A stretch of DNA of 64,000 nt from Amphiscolops sp. MND2022. Taxonomy: Eukaryota. The notes under the pieces were generated by a model. It was given only the letters and a program-made list of their open reading frames with translations, was not told where the DNA came from and did not search any database. Numbering within the stretch: the first letter of the stretch is position 1; the number at the start of each line of letters is the position of its first letter. The stretch is taken from NCBI GenBank assembly GCA_964187785.1, contig OZ076409.1, forward strand, positions 94,676,001 through 94,740,000, read 5' to 3'. Positions 12,129-24,100 of the stretch are shown here, piece after piece. A program made the translations under genes and the position numbers.

Positions 12129-15100
12129 CTAAAACGAATTGGTGTGTCCAGTTGTAGAATGTCCTTCGGCCTTTCTAATATCTGCAGTTATTTGGGACAA
12201 GTCTTGAATGTATTGAGAAATTTTTTCCAGATGAACGTCTGAATCGGTTTCTTCCACGCCTGGTATTTTCAGCTGGGTGTTGACAAGATTGAACAGATTC
12301 AATGTGGCCATTTTGATCCTGCCGAGTTCCAGAGTTTTGGCAGCAGCTGTTGTCTGGATCTGATTCCAGTTCGATTCCAGTTGCACAGTCTATCAAAAAA
12401 ATCAATCTGGCTAATTTACAGGCTAATGCAGTCGAAGCATTTTAATTTGCATACTTCGGACAATCATTAAAATCAGAAAAAAAGTATTTACTACTGTCAT
12501 CAAAAAATACTTCATTTTTTTCACGAAAAATGTTTTCAACGTTTTTTTTCAAAATTTTTTGTTTTTAATTGTTTTTTCCAGCTTGTGATAACTACCGTGG
12601 AAAACAAGGTGTTACGCACAACGCTTTTTCATTTACTGCCAAATATTTTACTGTACAAAAATTTAACAAATGAATATAAAGCATGAAAGTCATTCACTTT
12701 ATTGGACTTTTTCTGGATATCATCTTTCACACGAGGCATTCTGATTTTTAAAAAGTACAAAGTACTAAACAAATTGAACAGTCAAAAACTAGACCATAAG
12801 CAACTTTATTGATGTTTCTGAAAAAAAAAACAGGAAAAAAGTGTTTAAAATTGTTTTATTCATGTTTTCTTGTTTTATTTATGAATAGAGCACATTAACA
12901 ACCTTGAAATTCTGTGACAAGCCTTTGATCACAGGACAGTCATGAAGACCTTTTGGAAAGAATTCAGGTGTAATTCTTGGAATAAATTACGTAATAAGAT
13001 GCAGATACCTTGCTTTTGGATTTATCCAGGTCACCCTGCATGGAGGAAAGGTCGTTGTTGTAACTCATGATCTCGTTTTGTCTGTCTTCCACAAACTTTG
13101 CCAACATTTGTCGCTCGGATTCTATCAAATCGTGGTTGTTTTGATCCCTTTCCATCAAATCCTGCAACAACAAACAAGCCGGGAACGGCCCAAGTCGGCG
13201 CCATATCTAAGGCTCAAAAACACTCGAAAACGAAAACCACTTTTTCTACAACTGGAGACAACAAAAGCTCTCAAAAAACTAAAAATTGAGAAAAAAAATT
13301 CCGAATTTTTTTTCGAAGTTTCCGGTAAGTCGCATAGTGCCGAAAAATGTAAAAGGGGGGACGCTTTTTACCTCATGTTAGACGCTTTGGATGCGTTGAA
13401 AATGAAGTACTAGGTACATATGGTAAAAATTGGTAAATGTGCATTAATTGCCTTAATGCACAAAAAGTGGACGTTAAGCGTTGAACTGACGAAAAAAAAC
13501 TAGCCACTGTAAGAGTCGGGATTTTCTTCGAAAACGCCGACTAAAAACTTCTCAAGACCAATACAAACGTTTCAGGAAGTTTGAATATTTCCCATAACAA
13601 CATGTGACTTTGATTTTCAAGTCACACAAGGCCGATAAACCTAAAAGAGGGAACTTTCATTTGTATTACCGTGACTGCACAGCACCGAAGACAAAAATAT
13701 GAAAATATAACAAGCCGGGACCTGCCCAAGTCGGCGCCATATAAAAGGCTCAAAAATAGCAAAAGGACTTCAAAATGTCGAAGTACTGGTGAATCGGAGA
13801 CCTTTTTATGGAAAAAAATTGTCTCAATGCCGGAAAAAACTGAAAGGGGGACAATTTGGCCTCGTCCGGTATTGCATGTTACGCGGGAAACCTTTTTGGT
13901 TCAGTTCCTTGGGCCAACGGGTACAATTTGGCGTCTTCTTAAAATTTTGTAGAACTTTTGGGGTAGAATTATTTTGGTCACTTCAGGTGTATCGAAAAAA
14001 AAATTAAAAAACACTGACGAAAAGTCATGACTATAGTCGACTCTTTTCTTAAGAAAAGCGCCGACTAAAAATCACCAGCAGCCAATATGCGTAATACTAT
14101 TTGCCAAAAAATTGTCAAAAAGAACGGAAAAGCTTTTTAGAAGGTAAGATTTTGTCAAATTTATTGACTTTTGACGAAGCCTCACTTCTCAAGTTCTTTC
14201 GTTTTTAATATCGCGTTCGTAAAAAGAACATGAGCATTGACCCCTTCAGGGCTCACCGATATTTCCGCAACTTGCAAATTTTCGAAAAAATCATCCTTCA
14301 TTTCCACATAAATTATCGGAATAAAATCAGTTCACGTAAAAGCCCCCTGTGGCCCACAGTAAAATTTCTACATCAGTAGTAAAGGAGGGGGGGGGGGGGT
14401 TTATGAACGTTTTTGGCTCCCAAGCGAAAATTTTCTAAGATAGATTTCTTATGCACGTTTTGGGCTCCCAACCGAAATTATTCTAAGATAGATTTCTTGT
14501 GCACGTTTTGGGCTCCCAACTCGAAAACTTTCAAAGTCATAAAGCTCAAAGGTCAAACTGATTCTTTATTCAAAATGTGTGCCATATGTCAAGCTTTGTT
14601 TACATTGCAAAGCGATGAAGGTTTCTTAATGGTTTCTATACCAAGAGAAACGTTAACTTAGAAAGATTTCGAATCTTATTGATACAGAAGACTGCTGACT
14701 GTCCTTTCGTGACATTCTCACAGAGATAGAATAGAAAAGTACCGTTTGGACAAACTTTGAAAGAAATCGAATGTTATATCAGAGCTCACAAGTGAATGAA
14801 AATCTTCGCTCTTAAAAGCCCATAATTACGATTTCTTACTGTTCCGGAAAATTGAAAAGCTAAACTGTCTCAAATTTTCCTTCACGGTGCCATTCTCCTT
14901 CAAAAAAGTAGTTGAATTTCCTAGTACGTTTTCTGCTCTTTTTTATCTTGAGAAATTTCAACTTGATATGGAATGGCACCGTGAATATTTGAAAGGTTTC
15001 ACTCTGGAATGAATTTTTCATGCCAACATTGTGGGAAGATTTTGGCTTCCCAGCGAGCTTTAAGCAATCATATGAAAACAAAACATGGAAATATTGAACA

Positions 15101-18100
15101 GAGCACCAAAATATTCCACTGTGGACACTGTCCTACAGGTTTCACCCAATCAAAGAATTTGTTGAGGCATTTACGCTCCGTCCATAAAATGACAAACCAA
15201 TTCCGATGTTCTACATGTCCCAGTTTTTATGGTTGCTCTACAGCTCTTTCTAGAAGGAGAAGGAGTTGCATTCCACTGGAAACGTCAAACGCTCTCTTCC
15301 AGAAAATGTTTCAACTATCGCATTCTCAACAAAAGCTTTGAAATCACATTTCCAAATTCATCGATTGAAACTTGGGGAGTCGTTGTTTATTGAACCTTTC
15401 AATTGCTTGATTTCATTGAAAGACAAAATTATGGGATTTGTCAACTCGATTTTGGAGGTTGAAGGCAACATGAAGATGGGGTTTTCAATGAGCGTGCGTT
15501 TACGCAAACCTTTAGTTGACGATTCGACCGAAGCTTTTTTCAATTCAAGCATGGCCAAGCTATCGCTGGAATTTACTGAAGAGGAGTTCTTGGAGCACTT
15601 GGATCAACTGATGAGCCAACTCAACGTGTTTGCTACTGGTGGCTCAGGATGGGTTGTGGAAAAAATGGAGAGATTTGAAATCAAGACTGCAAAATGTGCT
15701 ACTGTGGTTGCTGGTTCCTACATCAAAACGCCCCCTATTCTGCAGAAATTGAAAAGAAGCCTTTTGAATATAGTCAATAAAAAGGACAATTTCTGCTTCC
15801 TGTATTGTGTTGCCGCGGCGCTGTTCTCTTTCGTCGGTCGTGCCTTTCGACCCAAAACACATTTGGAAAATGTGCATAAGCTACATTTTAATGCAAAACA
15901 AATGCCCATGCCACTCTCTGGTATTCGATCCTTTGAAGTTAGAAACCGATGCTCAATCAATGTCTATCAGTTAGATGGGAGAAAATTGATCAATATCTAC
16001 AGTAGCAAAAACAAAAGTCACAGAAGAAAAGTTAATCTTTTGCGATTGGTTGAAGGGAAACGGAGTCACTATTGTCTCATCAAAAACTTTTCAAACCTTA
16101 TTCATCATCTTTCTCGCTCTCCGCGGAAAAGGTCAACTGGTCCGAAAAGTCGATTCTGCAGGAATTGTTTCCAACCAGTTTTGAAACAAAATATGGCCAG
16201 GCATTCCACTTTTTGTGAATCCAACGATCCTTTGGAAATCCTAATGCCGAAAGACGACCGATTACTCCAGTTTGTGAATTGGCAGAAAACACAGCAGTGT
16301 CCATTTGTTGTGTACGCTGATTTGGAGGCATTGAATGTTTGTCAAACTGAAACCCACAGCCTCTCGACGAAAACGCGGGAGATTGAGCGACAGTTTCCTG
16401 CTAGTTACGGTGCTGTTCTGGTCGATAACAAGGGTTAGTGTTTTCATTTATATTTTCCAACAATTAATCAACCATATTTCAACTATAATTGGTAATTTTA
16501 GCTGGAGCAGTTGTGAAAGAGTCCTTTTATCGTGGTCGAAACTCTATATCGAAGCTCCTGAACACTTTACGACAATGGTCTGTCTGGTGTTACTCAGAAA
16601 AGCAAAAGTTCCGTTGGCTCAAAATCCCAAAAGCTGAGCGCGAAAGGATCCTAAATGTGCATTTTGCCGAGTGTTGCATCTGCGGTAAAGAAGCTGAAGT
16701 TTCCACACGGGTGATTCACCATTGCCATTTGTCTGGAAAAGTCTTTGGCGTGGCCCACTCCAAGTGTAACCTGCAAGCAAGAACAACAAATTTTCTGCCC
16801 GTATTCTTCCACAATTTTTCGCGCTACGATTCGCATCATATGTTGAAAAATTTGAAATTGGAGAAGGGTGAAAAACTTTCAGCAATCGCCAGAACTGATG
16901 AGACTTTTACTTCAATTAACTTATCTATGCCGGTGGGAAGCTACACTGACAAAAAGAACAGAATTGTCAGGCTGTTTCATTCATTGCGATTCCTTGACAG
17001 CTTGCAATTCATGTCACAAAGTTTGGAATCATTGGCTAAGACATTGAAGGCTGACGATTTTGCACTCCTTCGTCAACATTTTTCTGGTGTACCTGATCAG
17101 GTGTTCGAAAAACTGACCAAAAAAGGTTTTTTTCCATACAGCTTTCTGGACAGCTTCCAAAAGTTTGATGAACCGTTGCCACCCCTCGGAATTGATTGGA
17201 AAAATACCCTCACTGGGACAGTGGATATAACTCCTGACCAATACAATGAAGCTGTTACTATCTATGAAGCTTTTGCTTGTAAGAATCTGGGAGATTACCA
17301 CGATCTCTACTTGCAAACGGATGTTTTTCTGTTAGCTGACATTTTTGAAAAATTTAGAAGGGTTTGTCTCAAGGTGTACAAGCTTGACCCGGCTCATTTC
17401 TACTCAGCTCCGAACCTCAGTTGGGACGCGATGCTGATCTCAACGGATGCAAAGTTGGGCTTATTGGATGAAATTGACAAACTTTTGTTTTTCGAACGTG
17501 GAATTAGGGGTGGAGTTAATGGTGTCGGCGAGATTCGACATTTCTGTGCCAACAACGATTTGCTACCTCATCACAACCCTAGCAAAGCTACAACGTTTGG
17601 AGCGTTCTTTGATGTCACGTCTCTATATGCGGGCACAATGCAAAAAATGATGCCCATAGGCAATTATAAATGGAACACCGCGATAACATTGCAACAAATT
17701 CTCGATACTCCCGCTGATGCAGATGTCGGTTTCTTTGTCGAAGTTGACCTCCTGTATCCAAAAGAACTTCATGATACTCACAATGGATTGCCTTTGGCAC
17801 CCGAGAAACGTCAAATTATGCCTCAATGGCTGTCTGCTTACGCTAAATCTTTTGGCTTGAAGCCGAACAAAGTCCCTAAACTGATTGAAACCCTCTTTGA
17901 CAAGAAAAACTACGTCTGTCACTACGAAAATTTGAAATTTTATGTAAAGCATGGATTGGTTGTGGAAAAACTGCATCGTGTGTGCGAGTTTAATCAAAGT
18001 AAATGGTTGGGTGTCTACATTGAAAAAAAATACCATCATGCGTAAGCAGGCTGAAAATGACTTTGAAAAAAACTTTTTCAAGCTAATGAGCAACGCTTGT

Positions 18101-21100
18101 TTCGGAAAAACAATGGAGAATCTGCGCAAGCGAAGTAAAATTGCTTTTGTGGGAAACGTTCAACAAGCTGAATCAATGATTCAAAAACCATCTTTCAAAT
18201 CATTCAATATCGTCAATGAAAATCTGGTCAGCGTATCGTTCAAATCGAGCAGTGTCCTATGGGACAAACCAACTCCGGTGGGAGCATCAATTCTTGACTT
18301 GTCCAAACTTTCGCTTTACAAATTCCATTATGAGCAAATGGTACCCCGCTATTCTGCAGCTAAGTTGAAATTGGCCTACAAAGACACGGATTCGCTGCTT
18401 TATTGCGTCGAAACAGAAAATTTGTATCAAGACATGGCCGGTTTCAAACACCTTCTCGACTTGTCTGATTATCCTAAAGACCACTTTCTATATGACCCAA
18501 CAAACAAAAAAGTCCCTTTAACTATGACGGATGAGCTCCAAGGCAAAGTTCTGAGAGAAGTCGTCTGTCTCAGATCCAAGTTGTACAGCATCGACTTCGT
18601 GGGCGGAAAGAAACAGAGTGCAAAGGGCGTTGCCAAGTCTGTTAAAAAGACGTTGCATCATGATCTTTTCAAAAAGTGCCTCCTCTCGAAAGAACAAGTA
18701 ACCAAGACCATGTTTCAACTGAAGTCCGTCAATCACCAAATTGTTGTTAATTCTGTCGAGAAAATAGCATTGAGTGCTTTTGACGACAAGCGCTACATAT
18801 TGAATGATGGGATTGCGTCGCTAGCGTATGGTCATTATGCCATTCCAGTTCCAGATCAAGGTATTTTTCGTTTTTTAATTTTAAAAAATTTTTTTGTGTA
18901 TTGAGAGCGTGAGGTTTTAGTCAATGTTGCTTCTGACGAAGAGTTGGACTCTTCTAGTGACTGTGATAAATCAGTGAGCAGCAGCAGCAGCAGCAGCAGT
19001 GTCCCCACTTCTGACAGTGATACTGATGCCGACTCTCTCGATGGCAGCTGCTCATCGCGTGCTTCCAGCTACGCGAGTCCTCTGAAACAAGCTTTAAAAT
19101 CTGACTTGACAAATTTCAGTTGGTACCGTTTTATTCCAAATGTATCGATCACTTTATATTCACCATTGATATAAACCTAATTGTTAATTTAGATGCCCCC
19201 GATCCTGGCTTCAATCAATCAGCTTCTTGCTCTAACGATGATGAAGAATTACCAGATGTTGTTGATTGGGACACTCTATCTGACGACTTGGCTGATGAGC
19301 AGCACGATGCACACTTTGATTGTCCATTCATTAATTATGAGGCACAAGAGTCGACTGACGACGACGATGGTTCTCAATTTAATGGAGAGTATTATTCAAC
19401 TCAGAAACGACGAAAAATTTGCTCAAGTGCCGAATTTAAACTAGTGAATTATTCTTCCAGTAGCGGAGATGAAAACTAATAGCTCAATACTGCTTCTATT
19501 TATGCAAAATGGCGAGGGTATATAACGTTTAAATTCAAAAAGTAGATGTCTTACACTACAGTATATCTAAACAATGTATGATATTGACCATTCATGAAAC
19601 GAATAATTTCAACTTCTGTAAAGTGTTTGAGTTTTGGATCAATTTCCTTAGGTGCTTTTGTAGGATTCCTTGCAATGTAGTCAATCATGAAGAGACAATA
19701 GAGCCCGCACAGATTTGAGCTGGCGTTTTGAAGGGTCAGGTTGATTGTCGAGAATCCTGTCTTTCCGTACAGCAGCTTCAGACGCTGAGCGAAAATTTTG
19801 TAACGTGACAAGGGTTGACCTAGACAATCCCAAACAAAAACTAGATTTTTCTTCTTTTGTGTCGAGACTGCTCCCAGTAGCAGCCAATGTTTTCCTACTG
19901 CACCCAATGGGGATGTGTTGACAATTTGGAACCAAACCAAACGAGGTCTATAGTACAATGAATGTTTTGATCCTCTCCGCAAAATTATCCGTTGTTCGGT
20001 CCATCCTGGCTGTTTGGGAAAATTGTCTGCAGACCAAACACCAGCAAAGCTTGGTTTCAAATGTGGATTCTGTAGAACAATCTGCTGTAATGTTGAATTA
20101 TCCATCAAACGGGCTGTTTTTCTTTATGTTGCGCGCTGAGTCAATAAACACTTGACTAAATCGCTCTCCAATCAAAAAAAGTTCAATAGCATCATCGAGT
20201 GCTTTCTCAAAGTACAGCTTTAGAGTCAAACTGGATCCCGTTAGCTCGGGGAAAAGTGTGAAAGATTTGCTAGCTTCTTCAGTTGATGTTAAGTCGAACA
20301 CGAGAAAAAAATGGTTGTCTGTATAATCCTCAAGGCTGATGCCGTTACTCTTTTGGGTGAATCCAAGAGCGGTAATCGTATTGTAGTACAATCTCACATT
20401 GTTTGTAGTATCCAATGGTGTCCCAGCTAAAGGAACACCATTGCCCCTTTGGATTTCCACTCTTTGCAAGTTGAACTTTTGGTATGAGAAAGGAGACTCG
20501 TTTAGTGGCGTACTTCGGAACAAGGAGTTTTTAACCATGCACAAAGTTAATCGTCGAATTGGCTCGGTGCCAAAAACATTTTCCTTTATGAAACAATTTT
20601 GCCCGGCTTGAATAATGAAACTTTTGTTCAAACTCTCAATGTACGGATACATTGCATCGCTTTTCACCAGTGCTCTTTCTATCGACAATTTAACACTGTC
20701 AGTCACTACAACCTTCCTCACAAAAAGCGAAGCCTTCTCGACAATGGCCAAAAGTTTTCCGTCGTGCGCTTTTGCTTCATCATCGGTGCCTTTGAGATGG
20801 ATGATTGTGTTATTTGGCGAGCGGTAAAGACGAATATGTAGGGTGACATTGGGCAGTAAAAGTTTTTCGCAATCCAGAAAATCAATGTGGAGAGCACCGC
20901 ATAACTGCATTTTGGATTCTTTCAGTTGAGCAAAATCAGCTGCAAGCTTGTTGAACATTTGATCTTTCTCACTGGACTTGGCTAAATAATTGTAGCCTTG
21001 ACATTTGGCCCATGAAGCTTTACTATCAGTGTCGGTGGTTAATTCAGTTTCCACAAATGCGGAATGTAAGTAACAATTGTTGCTGTGAGAAATCAATTTC

Positions 21101-24100
21101 CCATTGAGATACAATTCTGCATGCGAAAAGAGCGTGTGGAGGGTATTGTTGGAAAAAACTGCATCAAAGTCACCTGGTTTTGCCTTTGTCTTTCCATCCT
21201 CATGATAGATTGCCACCTCAACACTGAGAACAATGCGATTCAAGTCAATCAAATTTTTTGCTTCAGCGGCAACAAAAAAATCCAACTGTGGTCCGCGACA
21301 ACCAACATGGGGGAATACTTCTTGATCGTAGGCCCCTTCGTAATTGATCATTACTTCAGGCTTTTCGAAATAGTCTAGAGCGCTGTGTGTCACTGGTTTT
21401 GCAATTTCCGTCGAGTTTCCCACAAAGAGGTTGTTAACTGATGCTGCCATTCTCTGAATTTTTGTCTATTGGGAAAATTGAATTTCAGACAAAATGTCGG
21501 ACCGACTTCTCTTGGCGCGCGCTTTTTTTGAAATGCTTGAGAGACTATTACTTCGCTTTCTATTGCCTGATGATTGTTTGACATTTCGTGTAACTCCGTT
21601 CTTTGCCTTCGCCGCCGACCGCTGCGGTCCGGGTTTCCGCTCGCCGACGCCGCCGCCCGGCCGAAGGGCAACACCGCTCGGCAAGTTTGTCTTTACAGTT
21701 TCAATGGCAGCCCTTTTGGCGACATTAGTCAACAGCTTACGGCTGGGCTTTTTCTTGCCTGACAAAATCTGTCCAATTTCCGGAACGGCGCTTTCTATCA
21801 AGTTTTTGCCGACTTGTTTTGCTACAGGTAAGACGTACTTTCTAACTAGTGGAATGGCTACACGACCCATTCGAACAGCAAAAGCTCCAATGCCACCCCC
21901 AGATCCCATCTGTCTGGCTGGTCCACTGAATGTTGTGTGAGTATTGGCTTTAATTTGTGAATCGTAATGGGCATCCATTCCGGAGCCAATGAAATTAAAT
22001 TGGTCAATTTGAGCGACTGTACTTTTCACAAATTTCAGAATGAATGATGTCTGGTCAGTGTCGAGGTGTTGGTCTAAAAGCCAAAGTCACATTGGTGCGA
22101 CCGCAACTCAAGAAGGGAATTTTTTGACCCATTTCATTGGCGAGCGTGACGTTGATTGACTGAAATTGCGATTTAATGACGCGTTTCCACTGCAGATTGC
22201 TGAAACTTTTGTGATTCATCTCTCCCAACGTCTGCACCAAAGCTAGACTTTTAACGGGAATCGATCGCAAGAGTGCCGTCTGCTTATCGCCCAATGTTTG
22301 GTTTTGCACGAGGTCGCAATACAAAAACATGGTATGGCTGCCTGCATTCAAGTCAACTGGCCATTTTCCAACATGCTTGACAATTGTGTTTGATGCAGAT
22401 TCTGTATCGATCTCTTCCACTGCTTCTTTTTGTGACTCACCACAATCAATGAATACATTCGTGCCCAAAATGTTTCGCAAATCATTGGACTCGGTGAAAA
22501 TTCTCAACCCATATTGTTTGTGATTTCCGCAAAATTTAACATGTAGTTTTCTCGTTACATTGTCAACTTTCCATGACAAAAGTGATAAGACATTGTCAGG
22601 GGATGATGAGATTCGTTTTCTTCCAATTTGTTCTTCTCCCATGGCAATTTTTGTGATTGATGCTAAAATTGAATCGACCGATGTATAACATCCCGGTTTT
22701 AGGCGGTGCTTTACAGGAGCTGTGTAAAACGGGAGAGTCGAAGCAGGAGATCGACGCTCGAATGCTGCAGGAATCGCCATTGAAATGGCACCGGGTCGGT
22801 TGTGCTTGCGTGGTCGCTTCTCGACTGGCGACTGGATGTTTCGTTTGTATACTGTGAATTCTCCCACAGTCACATTCTGGATAATATTGGGCCAAGCAAT
22901 TTCCAGTAGAGCCACCTGCCACTCGCCGGAAAGATGAATTGGTGTCGGTAAAAGAGTCGTAAAACTGGACAATGTGTTTTCGGGAAAAGTATCCATAGAA
23001 GCATTGGAAATGAGATTCATGGTGAATTCTTGGTTGCAACTTGAATGCTCAACACTTGCTGACAGTCCGTCCATCGTTGACACAGTCAATTTGGAGCGAA
23101 TCGCACGAGTTCAGGTTCGTAAAATTTTCCTTGTATAATTTCGCCGTCGCAGTCTTTGACAATATAAGTTGGAGGGTTGTTGGTTGGTATTGCCGCAATT
23201 TTAAACAATTCTTCCGTGAACTGTATTTTGTAACCTCGATGAAAAGTGTCAATCTTGCGCCTAATGCGAACTTGTTGGCCAATTCTGAATTTTGGCTTCT
23301 TTTGGGCGTTGGTGTGACAGAGAGAAACTAAATAGTTGACGTCCTTTTGTGAAACCGAAGACGGTGCCAACTTTGTCATACGGTTCACTCGGTTGTTAAT
23401 GATTGCCACAAATTGATCAAGTTTGTCAAAATATCTACTTTGGTCATGTTCGTGCATGTATTTGAAAATTAACGACTTCAAAGATCTGATGTTTCTTTCG
23501 GCTAAAGCAGATTTTGTCTCGCTTTTGGTGGAATAAATCTCAATTCCACGTTGACTGCAAAAAGTGGCAAATTTGCCCGAGAATTCACGACCCTTGTCGA
23601 CCCAAATTTTTTCTGGTTGGTGTGTTTCACGACAAATTTTGGGATTTCGTGACTTGTCATTCTTGGCGAATATTTTTTTCAAAGCTTCCCTACACGCATG
23701 GGCCGTTTTCACCTTGATGGGTTCAACCCATAAGTAACGACTCAGGACGTCAACAGCGACGAATAGGTATCTGATGCCGGCATTAGTGTTTGCCAGTTTT
23801 TGCATGTCTGCCAAGTCTATTGACCAAATTTCGTTCAGTCTATAGCTAATAACCTTCAACCGTGGAAAACGTTTTCGGGGTAATTTGAATTTTGTGTAAG
23901 TTTCGCTCGAGTTTAAATAACGGTCTACATCTTGTGGCCGGAACTTTGATGCTTTAATCAAGCTTCGTCTACTCCCAAAAGCTGATGTATTTCCAGGATT
24001 CGTGTAGTGATCATGAATTTTTGGAAACGCAGCTGCATAGTCTCCGTCCTTTTCATCATCGAGCAAGACTCGGCTTTCTCGACAATGTGAACACAAAAAA

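Noticed and set aside
12390..13008. Terminal stems in CFAP73 introns 1, 3, 4, KIDINS220 introns 56327-61535, 53473-55407 and the last three, and the Polinton introns
   Set aside because: Only short (about 5-9 bp) interrupted complementarity, not distinguishable from chance; not counted as stem-closed introns.
14413..14661. ORF MAPKRKFSKIDF (and its mirror at 27976-28209)
   Set aside because: Translation of the TIR direct repeats from a TTG start; no coding evidence.
18023..18030. Programmed ribosomal frameshift in pPolB
   Set aside because: One extra A in a homopolymer between conserved polymerase motifs is more simply a mutation or sequencing error.
21494..21940. Antisense ORFs overlapping Polinton, pol and KIDINS220 coding regions
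   Set aside because: Shadow frames of real genes with no motifs of their own.
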